Virus record (IMG/VR): IMGVR_UViG_3300003888_000077
Coordinates: 1-59,315 of that record
Strand: one strand, 5' to 3'
DNA: 59,315 nt
From: a virus
Taxonomy: Duplodnaviria > Caudoviricetes
The notes under the pieces are model-generated. The model saw only the letters and a program-made list of their open reading frames with translations, had not been told where the DNA came from and made no database searches. The first letter of the stretch is position 1, and the number at the start of each line of letters is the position of its first letter. Positions 57,498 through 59,315 of this stretch are shown here, one piece after another. The translations under genes and the position numbers were made by a program.

Positions 57498-57938
57498 TCA
57501 AAAATCAGTTGGTGGCAGCGATGCAACTGCTTTCAAATCTGGCTCATGCTCGCTAACTTGATATTGGCGTCTAACAGTTCCGTTCGCGTCCATTCGAACA
57601 GTGTAAGTGCTTGTAGGCACAACGGTAATTGACGTGCCAGTAGAGGAACAGCCTCCGCGCAATTGACCATCAGGCCAATAAACTGCCATGCAGGGCGCAC
57701 CGTTAACTATGGTCGACACACCGACCTTCCCATCAGTAGTGATTGACCCGACTAATGGTGCTCCCCATCCTGAGGAACAACTTGCCTCATACCCGTAAAC
57801 ATCACCATTTGGCGTTACCCAAACTTTTTTGACATTGCAGTAGCCTGGATAGCTCACATAGTAAGGTCCGGTGTCAGCCCACGCGTTGTGAGCCATAGCG
57901 ATTCCGCCAAATATTACAAGGTGTGCAAGAAGTTTCAT
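57498..57938 (-). CDS. Secreted hypothetical protein, outside the prophage
   Basis: Signal peptide ending AWA; four Cys. Confidence 0.75.
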   Translation of the reverse strand: MKLLAHLVIFGGIAMAHNAWADTGPYYVSYPGYCNVKKVWVTPNGDVYGYEASCSSGWGAPLVGSITTDGKVGVSTIVNGAPCMAVYWPDGQLRGGCSSTGTSITVVPTSTYTVRMDANGTVRRQYQVSEHEPDLKAVASLPPTDF

Positions 57939-58203
57939 GTTTCCCCCAAGTTGGATAGTCTTTCATTGGGAACTCTACCGCTATACACAGCGCTAGCGTA
58001 TCCCCCATTTATGGGATAAATGACTGGGCTGGCGCAAGGACACCAAAGTGAAGTGGGCTTATAGGCATGATCCGTCCTTCAAGGCACTGTTTTTCTAAGT
58101 GCGGTGCTGCACCGTGAGGATAGAGTGAAGTCGGACCAAATGTAGCCGTGCATGCAGACGATTCTGCAGACAGTGCTAGCAATACCGTGTCGTGCGGCAC
58201 TTA

Positions 58204-58236
58204 TGGTGCTTGAGGCCGGAATCGAACCGGCACACC
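58204..58236 (-). other. Isolated tRNA 3' fragment (Leu-like), possible att scar
   Basis: Minus strand GTGTGCCGGTTCGATTCCGGCCTCAAGCACCA. Confidence 0.65.
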
Positions 58237-58301
58237 TAGCTGCGCACGTGGTGGAGCAGGGACCAAGAAAAACCCACCGAAGCGGGTTGATTAGAGGCTA
58301 C

Positions 58302-59315
58302 CTATTCAGCAAATCGGAATCTCACCATATTTGTGTTGGCCGCCATATTGCACGTTGCTCCAGGTTGATTGTTTTCAATCAATCCGAAGTAGATGTCGTA
58401 TTGATTGCCTCCAACAGGCAGAACCCCTGGAGCAACTGTTCCGCAATAGGGCACGCCGGCGTTCATGACAACCCCTTGTGCGGCATTGAAATCAAAGCTC
58501 TCGTTGCTGGATGACTGCACCTTGTAGATGTTCGCAAGTTGACCATTGCTGGTGTAGTGATTTGCGAACAGATGCCACTGGCCATTGAAATACTTGACCT
58601 CCGGGTTTGCCAGAGTGACCGGGGGAGAGGACGTCAAAACCGCACCATAGTCGTAAACCACACTTCTGTTGCCACCCACTCCGACCATCTTGACCTTGGA
58701 GGAATCTGTTCGGTCGTCGTAGTAGACCTTCCAGAATGTTCCATTGGGTTGAGGGTCGATAACTGCAGAAGGTTCGGATGCCCAATGACCTGAACTGCCA
58801 GTGATCAGTGCTTGAGGATAGAACCAGTGCTGCCCATCACTTGAGACAGCCGACCAAATTTCATTTCCCGATTGCACGTCGCATGGGGTACTAACACTAG
58901 TTCTCTTGCAGACGGTGAAGAACATTGTGTATTGGACTTGTCCAGTAACACCGTTGATGTGCTTGGTCACCGATGGGTCAGTGACATGCTCGATGAGTCC
59001 CGCAAGACTTGGAACGGCTGCCTCCAGTTCCTGCGGTGAATACACGGCAACGGCATTTGTCCATGTAACGTTGTCAGTTGAAGTGCGATAGTAGATCGTG
59101 TCATTTACGACCCAATTGTCTTGCCAAGCGCTGTGCCACATCTGGTAGCCGCCATCGTTGATTACAGACGGGCCATATACGTTCTTACCCGAAAAAACGA
59201 ATTGGCCGCCAACATACGTGTCGGCATTGGCGAAGGTTGCAACTCCGAAGAGGGCAGCCGTGATCGCGGCGTTCTTCAATGTCGATTTCATTGTTTTGAG
59301 CGTGCTGAAATTCAT
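58302..59315 (-). CDS. Secreted protein, probable five-bladed beta-propeller glycoside-hydrolase-like
   Basis: Signal peptide ending ANA; repeated YGPSV/TDPSV/SEPSA/ANPEV/VAPGV; SxDGxxW boxes. Confidence 0.7.
   Translation of the reverse strand: MNFSTLKTMKSTLKNAAITAALFGVATFANADTYVGGQFVFSGKNVYGPSVINDGGYQMWHSAWQDNWVVNDTIYYRTSTDNVTWTNAVAVYSPQELEAAVPSLAGLIEHVTDPSVTKHINGVTGQVQYTMFFTVCKRTSVSTPCDVQSGNEIWSAVSSDGQHWFYPQALITGSSGHWASEPSAVIDPQPNGTFWKVYYDDRTDSSKVKMVGVGGNRSVVYDYGAVLTSSPPVTLANPEVKYFNGQWHLFANHYTSNGQLANIYKVQSSSNESFDFNAAQGVVMNAGVPYCGTVAPGVLPVGGNQYDIYFGLIENNQPGATCNMAANTNMVRFRFAE

Overview
The window holds most of a temperate prophage (1 to about 57.34 kb) with podovirus-like gene organisation; the host is probably a betaproteobacterium (inference). 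It runs from the integrase end to an att copy formed by the 3' half of tRNA-His at 57297-57342. The other att site lies outside the window. The left arm (minus strand) carries the integrase, recombination genes, two DNA methyltransferases and a complete diversity-generating retroelement (DGR). The DGR has an RT, Avd, a template repeat and two variable repeats, and it diversifies two small DUF1566/CLec-like proteins of the early operon rather than the tail fibre. The centre has a cI/cro switch and a replication gene containing iterons and DnaA boxes. The right arm has terminase, portal, an N4-gp56-type capsid, tail, lysis and ejection genes, a 2927-aa polyvalent protein, and a C4-RNA-type antirepressor locus. 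The strongest leads are: (1) the two-target early-operon DGR; (2) two apparent nested genes inside the polyvalent gene, one antisense with its own promoter and RBS directly after a RelA/SpoT-like domain, a candidate immunity gene; (3) a six-copy late-promoter motif; (4) a 150-aa minimal kinase; (5) a PAPS-reductase-like gene among the ejection genes. All family calls come from motif recognition by eye, with no database searches.
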